A stretch of DNA of 64,000 nt from a virus. The stretch lies in IMG/VR virus record IMGVR_UViG_3300042507_006854, positions 82,950 to 146,949 of that record. The stretch is one strand, 5' to 3'. Below the pieces are notes generated by a model. That model was not told the origin of the DNA, made no database searches, and saw only the letters and a list, made by a program, of their open reading frames with translations. Below, one piece after another: positions 27,286-36,587 of this stretch (the stretch's first letter is position 1; each line of letters starts with the position of its first letter). The position numbers and the translations under genes were made by a program.

Positions 27286-29385
27286 TCATAGGGGTGGATC
27301 AATACAAACCCCGATACCCCCAGATAGAGTAAAACATCCAAAAACTCCAGGAGGAATATCTGATATTGTTGCATAATCATAAGGCAATACTTTTTTCCAT
27401 TCTACTTTTTGTCCGGAGATAAAAGTATCTTCGATCAAATTATTATTTGTTAATCTAAAACCGGCACGAGTTGATATACCGGTTGGAAGTCCAGGGCGAT
27501 TTCTGAGAGGAATGCCAGCATATCCTGTATAAGAACATGACATTGGGTCAGAAGGGTTAATATAGGTCTTACAGTATCTACCCACACCGTCTTTTGGATT
27601 ATTTTTAACAAGATCTAAACGGCCCATCAAATCAATCATTTTTCTTACTTTTGCATTACCTTTTGTAATTCCTCTTGACCATAAATAACCATATAATCGA
27701 GATTTCGCTTGTTTACTTGCTTTTCTACTGGCTAAATAAGATGCTTCATATTGATTATTTGCACTAGCAGTAACTTTATATCCATAAAATATACCTGAAC
27801 CTAATAAACCACTAGGGTTTTCGGAATATTGATAAATTCCGCTCCCACTTTCAGAAGAAAGGATGAAAGCATTAGAGATATATACATTTAAATTTGGGGT
27901 CGTAATTTCTGAATTTTTCAATCTGACCGTTTCAATAGAAAAAGGTGTTCCGCTTGGAATTATTCCATTCCAAGTGCCAGTGTTAAAAGTATTTTTTCTA
28001 TATACTGGCTCATACAATTTATAGAACAATGTGTCCTTTAAAGGAATTTGTTGTTTTAATCGTGCCGCATCAAAATTGTAAAAACGTTTAGAAGAACCAC
28101 TTGTTATCTTAGTGATATAATTTAAGCCAGTATAATTATAATCAAAACTGGAGACGCTTGTTAAATTTCCACTTTGTAATAAATAGACATCTCTTGAATT
28201 AATTATTCTACCATTACTTCCAGTAATTGGAATACGGCTTGAAGAAGATAATTCGGCCCAAAATCCGGCGAAATTTTCAATAGCGTGAGGACTTACGTAA
28301 ACAATTTTTTTAGATGATATCCCAGTACTTACAATGATTATGTCACTAATTTTATTTCCATTATTTTCAAAAGTAATAACACTATTATATCTTAATGCTG
28401 GGTAGCTTTGAATATTATAGGAATGGGGATATGTTATCCAGTTATTATTAGCTGGAAGATTTCCACTTGTATTCCCTACAACACCATTCACAGATGAATA
28501 AATTTTATTTTTACCGTTAGAAATTCTTGTCGTTGCTAATTTAAAAAATCCTTCTAATTCAATTTCTTCTGAAACAGGTAAAGGATTTGATCCACTTGTG
28601 GAGCTTGAACCTGTAATTTGCCAATTATTTCCCGTAGGCAAAGTATTATTTCCAAGAAGAACATACAAAGGACGAAAATTTAATCTCCATTGATCTCTTT
28701 GTCTTAAAACCCATCCACTTTGCGTAGGTACAGATATAAAACCAGATATTCCAGATACAAAATTATTATTTTGAAACCAAATCATATCAACTGGTATAGA
28801 ATTAGAAGAATTTACATATCTTGTTTTATTATTTATAACCCCATTTGGAACAAAAATTCCATTAATTGGGAGGGAGGACTGACTTACTATAATATTTTGA
28901 CTTTTTGTAAAACCGGAAGACAATGCGAAAAATTTTTGCTGTTCTCCTTGCGAAATTCCAGTCACGCCACTTTGAATAGTTATAGAAGTAACTCTTGAAG
29001 ATAAACGGTTAAAACTTGCAAAAAGTGGATCATAAGGATTATTTTGATCGATTGATGAATTGCTTTGATATGTTAAGACTTGACCATTTAAAACAATTTC
29101 GCTAAGAGTTTCTTGAAAATAATATTGTGGTGCAGATTCGTTTTTTATTTCAATTGGATAGTAACCTTGCGTCTCATTATCAAAAATGACCAATTTCTCA
29201 ATCGGTTTTCTCAAAGTTCCAACGTTAATAGTTTTTAAATCTATTTTAGAATAACTATTAAAATCTTTTATCGTCTTATTTAGACTGATTGGGGTAGAAG
29301 TTGAAATTTTTTGCTCAGACTTGCGAATGTCTACTAGATAATCTTTTTTAGATAATCCTAATTTTTTCCTTTTAAAGTTATTCAT
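27286..29385 (-). CDS. ribozyme-associated paralog D (699 aa)
   Basis: NVGTLR, KIVYVSPH, LKQQIPLKDTLFYKLY, TFNTGTWNGIIPSG, GCFTL..CIDPP. Confidence 0.8.
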   Translation of the reverse strand: MNNFKRKKLGLSKKDYLVDIRKSEQKISTSTPISLNKTIKDFNSYSKIDLKTINVGTLRKPIEKLVIFDNETQGYYPIEIKNESAPQYYFQETLSEIVLNGQVLTYQSNSSIDQNNPYDPLFASFNRLSSRVTSITIQSGVTGISQGEQQKFFALSSGFTKSQNIIVSQSSLPINGIFVPNGVINNKTRYVNSSNSIPVDMIWFQNNNFVSGISGFISVPTQSGWVLRQRDQWRLNFRPLYVLLGNNTLPTGNNWQITGSSSTSGSNPLPVSEEIELEGFFKLATTRISNGKNKIYSSVNGVVGNTSGNLPANNNWITYPHSYNIQSYPALRYNSVITFENNGNKISDIIIVSTGISSKKIVYVSPHAIENFAGFWAELSSSSRIPITGSNGRIINSRDVYLLQSGNLTSVSSFDYNYTGLNYITKITSGSSKRFYNFDAARLKQQIPLKDTLFYKLYEPVYRKNTFNTGTWNGIIPSGTPFSIETVRLKNSEITTPNLNVYISNAFILSSESGSGIYQYSENPSGLLGSGIFYGYKVTASANNQYEASYLASRKASKQAKSRLYGYLWSRGITKGNAKVRKMIDLMGRLDLVKNNPKDGVGRYCKTYINPSDPMSCSYTGYAGIPLRNRPGLPTGISTRAGFRLTNNNLIEDTFISGQKVEWKKVLPYDYATISDIPPGVFGCFTLSGGIGVCIDPPL

Positions 29386-29424
29386 AATAGTATCACTATA
29401 ATATTAATAAATTATTATATGTTT

Positions 29425-29616
29425 ATCCGCCATCCAGATGTCAGTTACTAGCCCGAGTAATTCTCCGACCATGAAGAATTTTCCCAGTTGGGTCCGAATC
29501 TGGTAGGTCATTACAGCATTGCCATTGTGAATTGATTCACCATGCTCAATCCGCTATATTTATAGCTCTAATTTAAAGCGATAAAGGTAGCGGATTGAGA
29601 ATACAACGTGTCTCAT
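29425..29616 (-). ncRNA. predicted circular RNA 4 (192 nt; alternative 68 nt)
   Basis: Between terminal G 29617 and UGGCGGAU|AAAC matching IGS GUCCGUUA; multiple hairpins. Confidence 0.55.
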
Positions 29617-29859
29617 CATTGTGTTATCGTATAAGTGTTTATCTTATACATCTTTGCGTCACCGCAAAGTTCAGACTATATCTTCTTTTCTTTTGAAAAG
29701 TTCGGGCGCTCTTGGGCTATTTTATTGTTGGGACTCAACAGCCTAGTCGTTACACCTTCCATCCTATCTTTCCCAGATGGCTTGGCTCGGGATTGTCTTT
29801 TTATAAAGAGTTCCCCCGAATTCACCCGATAACGGACATTTTTTTAAATTTTAAAGAAC
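29617..29859 (-). ncRNA. group I ribozyme copy 4, permuted (most diverged)
   Basis: P3 UCGGGUG/CGCCCGA, P4 UCGGG/CCCGA, ACGACUA/UAGUCU, AAGAUAUAGUCUGAAC; IGS G at 29837. Confidence 0.88.
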
Positions 29860-29918
29860 TATTTATTTTTACACAAAATAATATTGAATACCCCAAAAAA
29901 ATTTATTATCATAATAAT

Positions 29919-30194
29919 ATGCATGAATATATAGCTGAAATTTTTGGAATAATAATGACGATCAGTTTTATGTTTTGTTATATTCCCCAAATTTTAAAGA
30001 TTTTTAAAAATCGTTCTTCTAAAGATGTTTCTTTAGCCTTGATATTAATGTCAATTTGTGGTTACATATCTGGCATGGTATATATGTTTTTGACCCAATT
30101 TGGGGTTTGGTGGTTTGCAAATTACTCAGTTGGGTTAGTAATGTGTATAATATTAGTTTACGCTTGGTTTAAATTTCAAAAAGGAGTACGGTAA
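29919..30194 (+). CDS. PQ-loop / SemiSWEET-type membrane protein
   Basis: YIPQILK...SSKDVS and three TM helices; ATG at 29919. Confidence 0.8.
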   Translation: MHEYIAEIFGIIMTISFMFCYIPQILKIFKNRSSKDVSLALILMSICGYISGMVYMFLTQFGVWWFANYSVGLVMCIILVYAWFKFQKGVR

Positions 30195-30264
30195 AGTTGG
30201 AGAGTTACATCAGACTGTAAATCTGACGCCATTGGCTTAGTAGGTTCGAATCCTATTGCTCCTA
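30182..30264 (+). tRNA. tRNA-Tyr (GTA)
   Basis: Anticodon arm TCAGA-CTGTAAA-TCTGA, long variable arm, GGTTCGAATCC. Confidence 0.85.
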
Positions 30265-30281
30265 GTTCTTTAAAATTTTAT

Positions 30282-30353
30282 GCACGGTTAGCTCAGTGGT
30301 AGAGCGGCTGCTTTACACGCAGTTGGTCGGGGGTTCAAATCCCTCACCGTGTA
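30282..30353 (+). tRNA. tRNA-Val (TAC)
   Basis: Cloverleaf; CTGC-TTTACAC-GCAG. Confidence 0.92.
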
Positions 30354-30440
30354 CGTTTTGGGATTATCTCGTAAAAGGAGCCGACTTTCCGCTGGTTGTG
30401 GTTTTCCCAGAGCAGTCGCGGGTAAACTGCTCACATTTAA

Positions 30441-30513
30441 GGGGGTGTAGCTCATCTGGTAGAGCAGGACCTTTGCAAGGTCAAGGTAGCAGGTTCGAGC
30501 CCTGTCACCTCCA
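30441..30513 (+). tRNA. tRNA-Ala (TGC)
   Basis: Cloverleaf; G3.U70 pair; TTTGCAA loop. Confidence 0.92.
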
Positions 30514-30517
30514 AAAT

Positions 30518-30599
30518 GCTGATGTGGCGTAATTGGCAGCCGCGACAGACTTAGGATCTGTTTTCTTCGGAAGTGTAGGTTCGACTCCTATCATCAGCA
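30518..30599 (+). tRNA. tRNA-Leu (TAG)
   Basis: ACAGA-CTTAGGA-TCTGT; long variable arm. Confidence 0.92.
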
Positions 30600-30665
30600 C
30601 TTTCTTCTTGATTATTAATTAATTATATGTATAATAAATAAAGCGTGTGAAGCAAGTTCTCTATT

Positions 30666-30854
30666 ATGAGCAAATTTAAAAAACCAACAAAAAAAGAGAT
30701 TAAAAGATTATCAGAAGTAATTGTTCATCTCTTCGAAAAAGATAAACATCGTGAATTTGAAAATAGTTTACACCTTGCCCTATCATCTAGTTTGCATAAA
30801 AAAGCGTTGGTTGAACAATCTATTTCAGTGGCTTTTGGTTTAGATCCTTTTTAA
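30666..30854 (+). CDS. hypothetical protein
   Basis: First ORF of an operon; abuts the next gene. Confidence 0.55.
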   Translation: MSKFKKPTKKEIKRLSEVIVHLFEKDKHREFENSLHLALSSSLHKKALVEQSISVAFGLDPF

Positions 30855-30855
30855 T

Positions 30856-32013
30856 ATGAACTCATATAGAATTCCAAAATCTAAAATGCCTGAACTTACA
30901 TTGGCTGGATTATTCCATTCAGAATTTGTTAACCCGATGGCGTTAATTACTGCCCTATCCGATGGCGAAATACCATCTTATAAAAGATACAGAGAAAATT
31001 TCTTTAAAAATAAAATTATTGACTATCTTAATAAAAATGGAGCACAACTTGTTCAAATTGGCGAAGAGGTTCTAATTTCTAAAACATTAGACGAGCTAGA
31101 ACAAGAAGAAGGAGAAGAACCATTCATGATTGGTGGGGAAGTTATTCTTCCTAGCTTTGATTATGAAGACGGCTCAATTTACTTCTATAAAGATAATTTT
31201 ATACAAATTAATTCTGAAAGTGGACGGGATAAAGATAAATGCAAATTAATGTTTTATTATCCTACCAGCAAACAATGTGTAGATGAAGAATTTAGAGAGT
31301 TTATGGATACAGATAAACGTCCAAATATTTTCATGGTAAACCAGGATTACGGTAATTTTAATTTTTCCAAATTTAATATTAACTTGCCAGAAACATTTGA
31401 TCTTGAATTAAATTATGGGGATGATTTTAAATCAGTTAGTGATAAAATGATTAAATCATTGCATGAAAATTCTTCTGGTCTATACATGCTTCATGGGATC
31501 CCTGGAACTGGTAAGACAACTTATATCAGATATCTAGCTTCAGTTCTTAAAAAAGATGTTATTTTCTTTCCAACTTCTTTTGTAGATGAAATTACAAACC
31601 CATCAATTTTGAGTTTACTAAAGAAAAAAACTGATTGCGTTATGATTCTTGAAGATGCCGAGAAAGCTCTTACAAAGCGCAGTCTTTCCGACCAGCCATC
31701 TCTTGTATCTACGCTTCTTAACATGACAGATGGTATTCTTGGGGATGTTTTAAAATTAAATGTTATTGTTACCTATAATTGTGATCGCCAAGATATTGAC
31801 GAGGCCCTTTTAAGAAAAGGGCGCTTGAAAGCAGAGTATTCGTTCCAAGGCTTGAAAAAACACCAAGCAGCAAAATTAATAAAAACACTTGACTTAGATA
31901 TCAAAGCCGACGATAATATGACTCTAGCAGATATATACTATGCTAAAAGTGACGAAGAACTTATTGGAAATATCAAAACCTTAGAAAAACCAAAAATAGG
32001 ATTTATGCCATGA
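30856..32013 (+). CDS. AAA+ ATPase
   Basis: GIPGTGKT, ILEDAE, LLNMTDG, DEALLRKGR. Confidence 0.88.
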   Translation: MNSYRIPKSKMPELTLAGLFHSEFVNPMALITALSDGEIPSYKRYRENFFKNKIIDYLNKNGAQLVQIGEEVLISKTLDELEQEEGEEPFMIGGEVILPSFDYEDGSIYFYKDNFIQINSESGRDKDKCKLMFYYPTSKQCVDEEFREFMDTDKRPNIFMVNQDYGNFNFSKFNINLPETFDLELNYGDDFKSVSDKMIKSLHENSSGLYMLHGIPGTGKTTYIRYLASVLKKDVIFFPTSFVDEITNPSILSLLKKKTDCVMILEDAEKALTKRSLSDQPSLVSTLLNMTDGILGDVLKLNVIVTYNCDRQDIDEALLRKGRLKAEYSFQGLKKHQAAKLIKTLDLDIKADDNMTLADIYYAKSDEELIGNIKTLEKPKIGFMP

Positions 32014-32666
32014 AAAAGAAACAAGTAAAAATTAAACCAAATAAAGTAATTAAGCCAACTCGTAAAATTGAAAAAATGAAAACTTATGTTAAAGACTTTG
32101 GCGCGAGCACTAAAAAAATCAATATTATTGACCCTCTTGAATACAAATCTACTTGGAAAAGTTGGTTTAATATTAATATTTGGCTTAGATGGCTAATGTT
32201 TAAAAAAAATTTCTATTATAAAATTCCATACCAAATCCGTGATGGTTGGTATAAATTTAAATGCTTTTTTAATCCAAAAAATAAAAAATATCGTGCCGCG
32301 ATTCCTAATACATGGACTGATGTATGCGTTCTAATTGAAGACGTTAATTTTGCGTTCGTAAAAGGTTTCTATGAAGATGAGTATAAAAATGGAATTGTAG
32401 ACTGGGAAGCTTCTGGAAAAGAATGCTCAAAGTTTGCAAAATGGCTTGAAAAAGCTTACGCTTATTTGACAGTAGAAAGACCTAAACTTCAAAAGGATCT
32501 TGATGCTGCATATCCACCGCTAACCGCAAAGCGTCTTACAGAAGTAAGAAGGGACTCATATGAACAAGATTACGCAGAAGTTCATCGTATTGAAACCTTA
32601 ATTAATAAAAGCGATACAAAGCTCTTGACAGAAATTGTAAAATATAGAGAATATTTTTGGACATGA
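32010..32666 (+). CDS. hypothetical protein
   Basis: Overlapping operon ORF. Confidence 0.7.
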   Translation: MKKKQVKIKPNKVIKPTRKIEKMKTYVKDFGASTKKINIIDPLEYKSTWKSWFNINIWLRWLMFKKNFYYKIPYQIRDGWYKFKCFFNPKNKKYRAAIPNTWTDVCVLIEDVNFAFVKGFYEDEYKNGIVDWEASGKECSKFAKWLEKAYAYLTVERPKLQKDLDAAYPPLTAKRLTEVRRDSYEQDYAEVHRIETLINKSDTKLLTEIVKYREYFWT

Positions 32667-33040
32667 GCGAAGATTCTCCAAAGTACGAAGTTCTCTATAA
32701 TCACAATACGCTTCTAGAAACTCGTCAGTTTAATAATAAATCAGAATCAATTTATACAATTACAATGGTTCCAGAAAAATCTGGAGAGCGTTGTCGATGT
32801 GTTGGTTTCTATACTAGGTATAGTGACGCCCTGCATTTTATAGAAAAAAATGGGATCAATGGTCTTGATGAGGGCGGATTATTTAAATATTTAATAATTG
32901 AAAAAATATCTGAAGGTATTTATGCCATGTCTGATGAATTTGAAGAGTCATGGTTTGAAGCTGATTTTAAAACCATGAAATGGAAAGAAATAAAAAAGCC
33001 AGAAAAGTTTAAAGGTGTAATTAACTTTGGGCTTGGATGA
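32663..33040 (+). CDS. hypothetical protein
   Basis: ATGA-coupled operon ORF. Confidence 0.7.
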   Translation: MSEDSPKYEVLYNHNTLLETRQFNNKSESIYTITMVPEKSGERCRCVGFYTRYSDALHFIEKNGINGLDEGGLFKYLIIEKISEGIYAMSDEFEESWFEADFKTMKWKEIKKPEKFKGVINFGLG

Positions 33041-33041
33041 T

Positions 33042-33437
33042 ATGGCTAAATACGAAAATTTTATTGTTACAAAAGATTTTTTAGACAAAAATCCGAATGC
33101 TGTATTTGTCTTTGGTGATAATCTTCGTCGGGTAGGTTATGGTGGCGCGGCGGCTTTAAGAGATCACCCACAAACATACGGGTTTATAACTAAAAAAAAT
33201 CCAGATAATATGGATGAATCTTTTTTTCGTCCTGAAAGTTACCGAATTGATTTTACCGTTCAGTCTATTGAGCTACAATTGGTTATTGAAAAAAATCCTG
33301 ATAAAATTTATTATATCTCCCAGTTAGGTGGTGGGTTAGCCAATAGATATAAAATATGGGAACAAGTTTTAAAGCCTGGATTAGAAAAAGATTTCTCACA
33401 TTACGAAAATGTTATATTCCTTTGGGATAAAGATTAA
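33042..33437 (+). CDS. phage protein with VFGDN...GG motif (macro/ADP-ribose-processing-like)
   Basis: FVFGDNL...GGAA..R and LGGGLA motifs. Confidence 0.55.
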   Translation: MAKYENFIVTKDFLDKNPNAVFVFGDNLRRVGYGGAAALRDHPQTYGFITKKNPDNMDESFFRPESYRIDFTVQSIELQLVIEKNPDKIYYISQLGGGLANRYKIWEQVLKPGLEKDFSHYENVIFLWDKD

Positions 33438-33450
33438 TGTAATTCTATGA

Positions 33451-34107
33451 ATGCAATGTAAAATATTAGCATTCTCTGATATTCACCTTGGCGATCCTGA
33501 TTGTCAACCCAAAAAAGTAATTAACGTTTTAAGAAAGGTTAAAGCCGAAAAAATAATTATTGTAGGCGATCTTTTTGATTCTAAACATCTTTCGAGATTA
33601 AAGAAAAATCATTGGCGTGTTTTGTCTACTATACGTAGCGTTAGTAAAAAATGTGAAGTAATTTATTTATTAGGTAACCATTGTTTTCTTAACATGGAAC
33701 ACATGACCCATCTTTTGGGAATTAAAACTGGTTTGGAGCATGAGGAAACAATTAATGGGAAAAAATTTATTTTTTTACATGGTGATATTTTTGATTTTTT
33801 TGTTTCAACAAAGCGTTGGAGAACGGATTTAACAACTGATTTTTATTACTGGTTAAGAACAAATTTTCCTGATCTAGCCCGTTGGGTTCGCCATGCTTGC
33901 CACAAATTAGTCTGTAAAGCAACTTATTATAAAGATAATGCAAAAAAGTATTGTACATTGAATAAAAAAGATTATATAATATGTGGACATTCGCATTTTC
34001 CAGCTATAGAAGGATGTTACGTTAATACGGGGTCTTTCTGTGAGAGAAAATTGTGTTCATACATAACAATTGACGAAAACGCAGAAATCAGACTAAACTA
34101 CATTTAA
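33451..34107 (+). CDS. calcineurin-like metallophosphoesterase (LpxH-like)
   Basis: SDIHLG, GDLFD, GNH, HGD, GHSH. Confidence 0.85.
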   Translation: MQCKILAFSDIHLGDPDCQPKKVINVLRKVKAEKIIIVGDLFDSKHLSRLKKNHWRVLSTIRSVSKKCEVIYLLGNHCFLNMEHMTHLLGIKTGLEHEETINGKKFIFLHGDIFDFFVSTKRWRTDLTTDFYYWLRTNFPDLARWVRHACHKLVCKATYYKDNAKKYCTLNKKDYIICGHSHFPAIEGCYVNTGSFCERKLCSYITIDENAEIRLNYI

Positions 34108-34109
34108 CC

Positions 34110-34898
34110 ATGAAAACTCTTATAATACCAGATATTCATCAAGATATAGCTGGGCTTAAAAAGATTTTTCAACTTGAGAAGTTAGAATCGTTTGATGAGA
34201 TTATCTTTCTTGGGGACTGGCTAGATTCTTTTTACGAGCCCCCAAAAGTTGCAAGTTTTAAAGATACTTGTCTATTTTTGCGTGATCTTGTTTGGGAAAA
34301 TGAAAAAACCGGTAAAATGGTTTTTCTTGTCGGAAACCATGATCTTGCTTATATTTATAATAACAAAAAAGGCGGCTATACTAGCGTTGCGCCAAGTATA
34401 ACCTATTGGTGTTCAGGAGTCACTAAAAGTAAAATTGGTACTTTTCGCCAAGTCTTTTACGATAAAGGTCTTAAAGATGACTGGTTTGTAAAAAACTTTA
34501 AAATTGCACATCGTTCGCAGGGATGGATTTTTTCTCATGCTGGGATGATTAATCGTCAAATTCCATATGGTTATACCGTAAATCAAATAATTGATGAGGT
34601 TATACCAGATGTTTGGCTTAACTTTAGGAATGTTGCTTACCGTCAGAACGCATTGATTTCTGCTGTTGGGGTTGCTCGTGGGGGACAAGACAATACTGGC
34701 GGACTTTTGTGGCTTGATTACTATAATGAATTTCATGCGTCACCTGATATCGGTAAGCAGGTTTTTGGGCATAGTTATGTGCCAGAGCCAACCGCTACGG
34801 CATTGAATACCGAATATGAAAGCTGGAATTTAGATACTAATCTTAAAGACTACGCAATCATTCGTGACGGTCGCTTAACAACATATAGAATACGATGA
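34110..34898 (+). CDS. calcineurin-like metallophosphoesterase
   Basis: PDIH, GDWLD, GNHD, SHAG, GHS. Confidence 0.85.
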   Translation: MKTLIIPDIHQDIAGLKKIFQLEKLESFDEIIFLGDWLDSFYEPPKVASFKDTCLFLRDLVWENEKTGKMVFLVGNHDLAYIYNNKKGGYTSVAPSITYWCSGVTKSKIGTFRQVFYDKGLKDDWFVKNFKIAHRSQGWIFSHAGMINRQIPYGYTVNQIIDEVIPDVWLNFRNVAYRQNALISAVGVARGGQDNTGGLLWLDYYNEFHASPDIGKQVFGHSYVPEPTATALNTEYESWNLDTNLKDYAIIRDGRLTTYRIR

Positions 34899-35479
34899 AT
34901 AAAAATATACAAAAATTAATATCTGATATTATGACTCAATGTATTAGGCATGGGATTAATTTTCGTTTAGAATATACGGACCAAGTTGACCAAGAAAATA
35001 TTCCTTGTAGTGGGTATTTTGATGAACAAACGCTTGCGGTTGCCACAAAAAAAGAAAAAATGCAGGACTGGCTTGATATTCTTGTTCACGAATCCTGTCA
35101 CTTGGATCAAATGTTGGAGGGTCCACCAGTTTGGATTCCAGATAAAGATTCTTTATTTATTGTTGAAGACTGGATTCATGGTAAAAACTTGTCAAAAAAA
35201 ACCCTAGAAAAAGGTTTCAAAAATGCGATCAATCTTGAGATTGATTGTGAAAAAAGAACCGTTGCAAAAATGCAAAAATACAAAATTCGTTTTAATAAAA
35301 AACAATATATACAAAAGGCAAATTCATATCTTTTTTCTTATACTTATGCTTTTGTTAATAAGGCTTGGTATCCAAAGCCATATGAAAACCCAAAAATTTA
35401 TAATAATATGCCGACAAAGTTCTTGACTGTTAATGAATATTTTGATATAAATAGCAAATACTTTCAATACTATCTATGA
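34895..35479 (+). CDS. HExxH-containing hypothetical protein
   Basis: VHESCH...E.DCE. Confidence 0.7.
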   Translation: MNKNIQKLISDIMTQCIRHGINFRLEYTDQVDQENIPCSGYFDEQTLAVATKKEKMQDWLDILVHESCHLDQMLEGPPVWIPDKDSLFIVEDWIHGKNLSKKTLEKGFKNAINLEIDCEKRTVAKMQKYKIRFNKKQYIQKANSYLFSYTYAFVNKAWYPKPYENPKIYNNMPTKFLTVNEYFDINSKYFQYYL

Positions 35480-35826
35480 AAAAAATAACTCAACCCAAAC
35501 AAGAAGAACGTGCGGAGTATTTTTCTGATTTCAGTGATAAATCTTTTGAAGGTTTTAACCCAGATGTCGAAATCAAATTTGAATTTAATTATGGGTCTGA
35601 ATTTGACGGCTCGCGTGTCGAATTCCATTTGACAGACGAAGAAGCTAAACACGTTTTAGATTTTATTCGCATGAATTTGTCTGAAGGTAAAATTACCGAA
35701 TTCAAAAATAAGTTAGAAGAAAACGAAGAATACTATGAAGAAAATATGAATGCGCGTGATTGGGAATCATGTGATCGTTTTGGTAATTGTATTTTTCTTC
35801 TTAAATATCTTTTAAATGAAAAATAA
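35476..35826 (+). CDS. hypothetical protein
   Basis: Coupled operon ORF. Confidence 0.65.
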   Translation: MKKITQPKQEERAEYFSDFSDKSFEGFNPDVEIKFEFNYGSEFDGSRVEFHLTDEEAKHVLDFIRMNLSEGKITEFKNKLEENEEYYEENMNARDWESCDRFGNCIFLLKYLLNEK

Positions 35827-36055
35827 ATATAATAAAATTAATAACCCGATTTTATATTATCATAATCTTGATATTCTAGGAAATTTATTCCGTTTTTACG
35901 GTGGAAATTCTTTATATTATATTTCAGAGTACAGAGATAAAATAAGACATATTTCTAATCAAAATATAAGAATTAAAGAAGAAATGTTTACGTATGCTGA
36001 TAATATGATAGAATTTTTAAAAATTCTTGATGAGTTTATTTTTGAAAATTTGTGA
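35816..36055 (+). CDS. hypothetical protein
   Basis: Overlapping operon ORF. Confidence 0.5.
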   Translation: MKNKYNKINNPILYYHNLDILGNLFRFYGGNSLYYISEYRDKIRHISNQNIRIKEEMFTYADNMIEFLKILDEFIFENL

Positions 36056-36255
36056 ATATAATTAATCTTAAACACCGATACGTTTTTGGCCATAATGTTC
36101 TCGTATGGTGGAACACTCATTCTGAATTTAAACTAATAAAAATAGATAATCGTATGTATAAAAAATACAGTTTATACGTGGGAAGATTTATTTTTGAAAT
36201 AGGAAAGCTTAAATATGGAACAAACAATAAATCTATATCAACAATTAGTAAATAA
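36052..36255 (+). CDS. hypothetical protein
   Basis: GTGA-coupled ORF. Confidence 0.5.
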   Translation: MNIINLKHRYVFGHNVLVWWNTHSEFKLIKIDNRMYKKYSLYVGRFIFEIGKLKYGTNNKSISTISK

Positions 36256-36577
36256 TTTAACAAATGCAATCGACCAAAATTTCCGTAATCAGCTCACCAA
36301 AGAAAAGCAAATCGAAACGCTTGACCCAAAGTGGAAAGCAGCGCGCCAAAATATCGAAAAATATTTGCAACAAATTGCCAATCAAAACATGGGGCTTGAG
36401 CCCATTCTTTTATCAGATAGGTATTTTCTTTACGAAGATGTCGCGGCTCTTTTAATTGATTTAATTTGGCAAGAGCTTCATAACAAACTAGATATAAAAG
36501 AAACTCTGTATTTTTATCGATATTATAAAATACAAATTAGTGACAAATATTTATTGACAGCACCACAAAATTCATAG
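36215..36577 (+). CDS. hypothetical protein
   Basis: Operon ORF. Confidence 0.6.
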   Translation: MEQTINLYQQLVNNLTNAIDQNFRNQLTKEKQIETLDPKWKAARQNIEKYLQQIANQNMGLEPILLSDRYFLYEDVAALLIDLIWQELHNKLDIKETLYFYRYYKIQISDKYLLTAPQNS

Positions 36578-36587
36578 ATAATAAGGT

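Noticed and set aside
17519-29918. Plus-strand ORFs over the ribozymes (17519..17722, 21300..21566, 21430..21681, 29635..29832, 5' part of 29712..)
   Set aside because: Antisense to the group I cores; the changes between copies preserve RNA pairing, not protein sequence.
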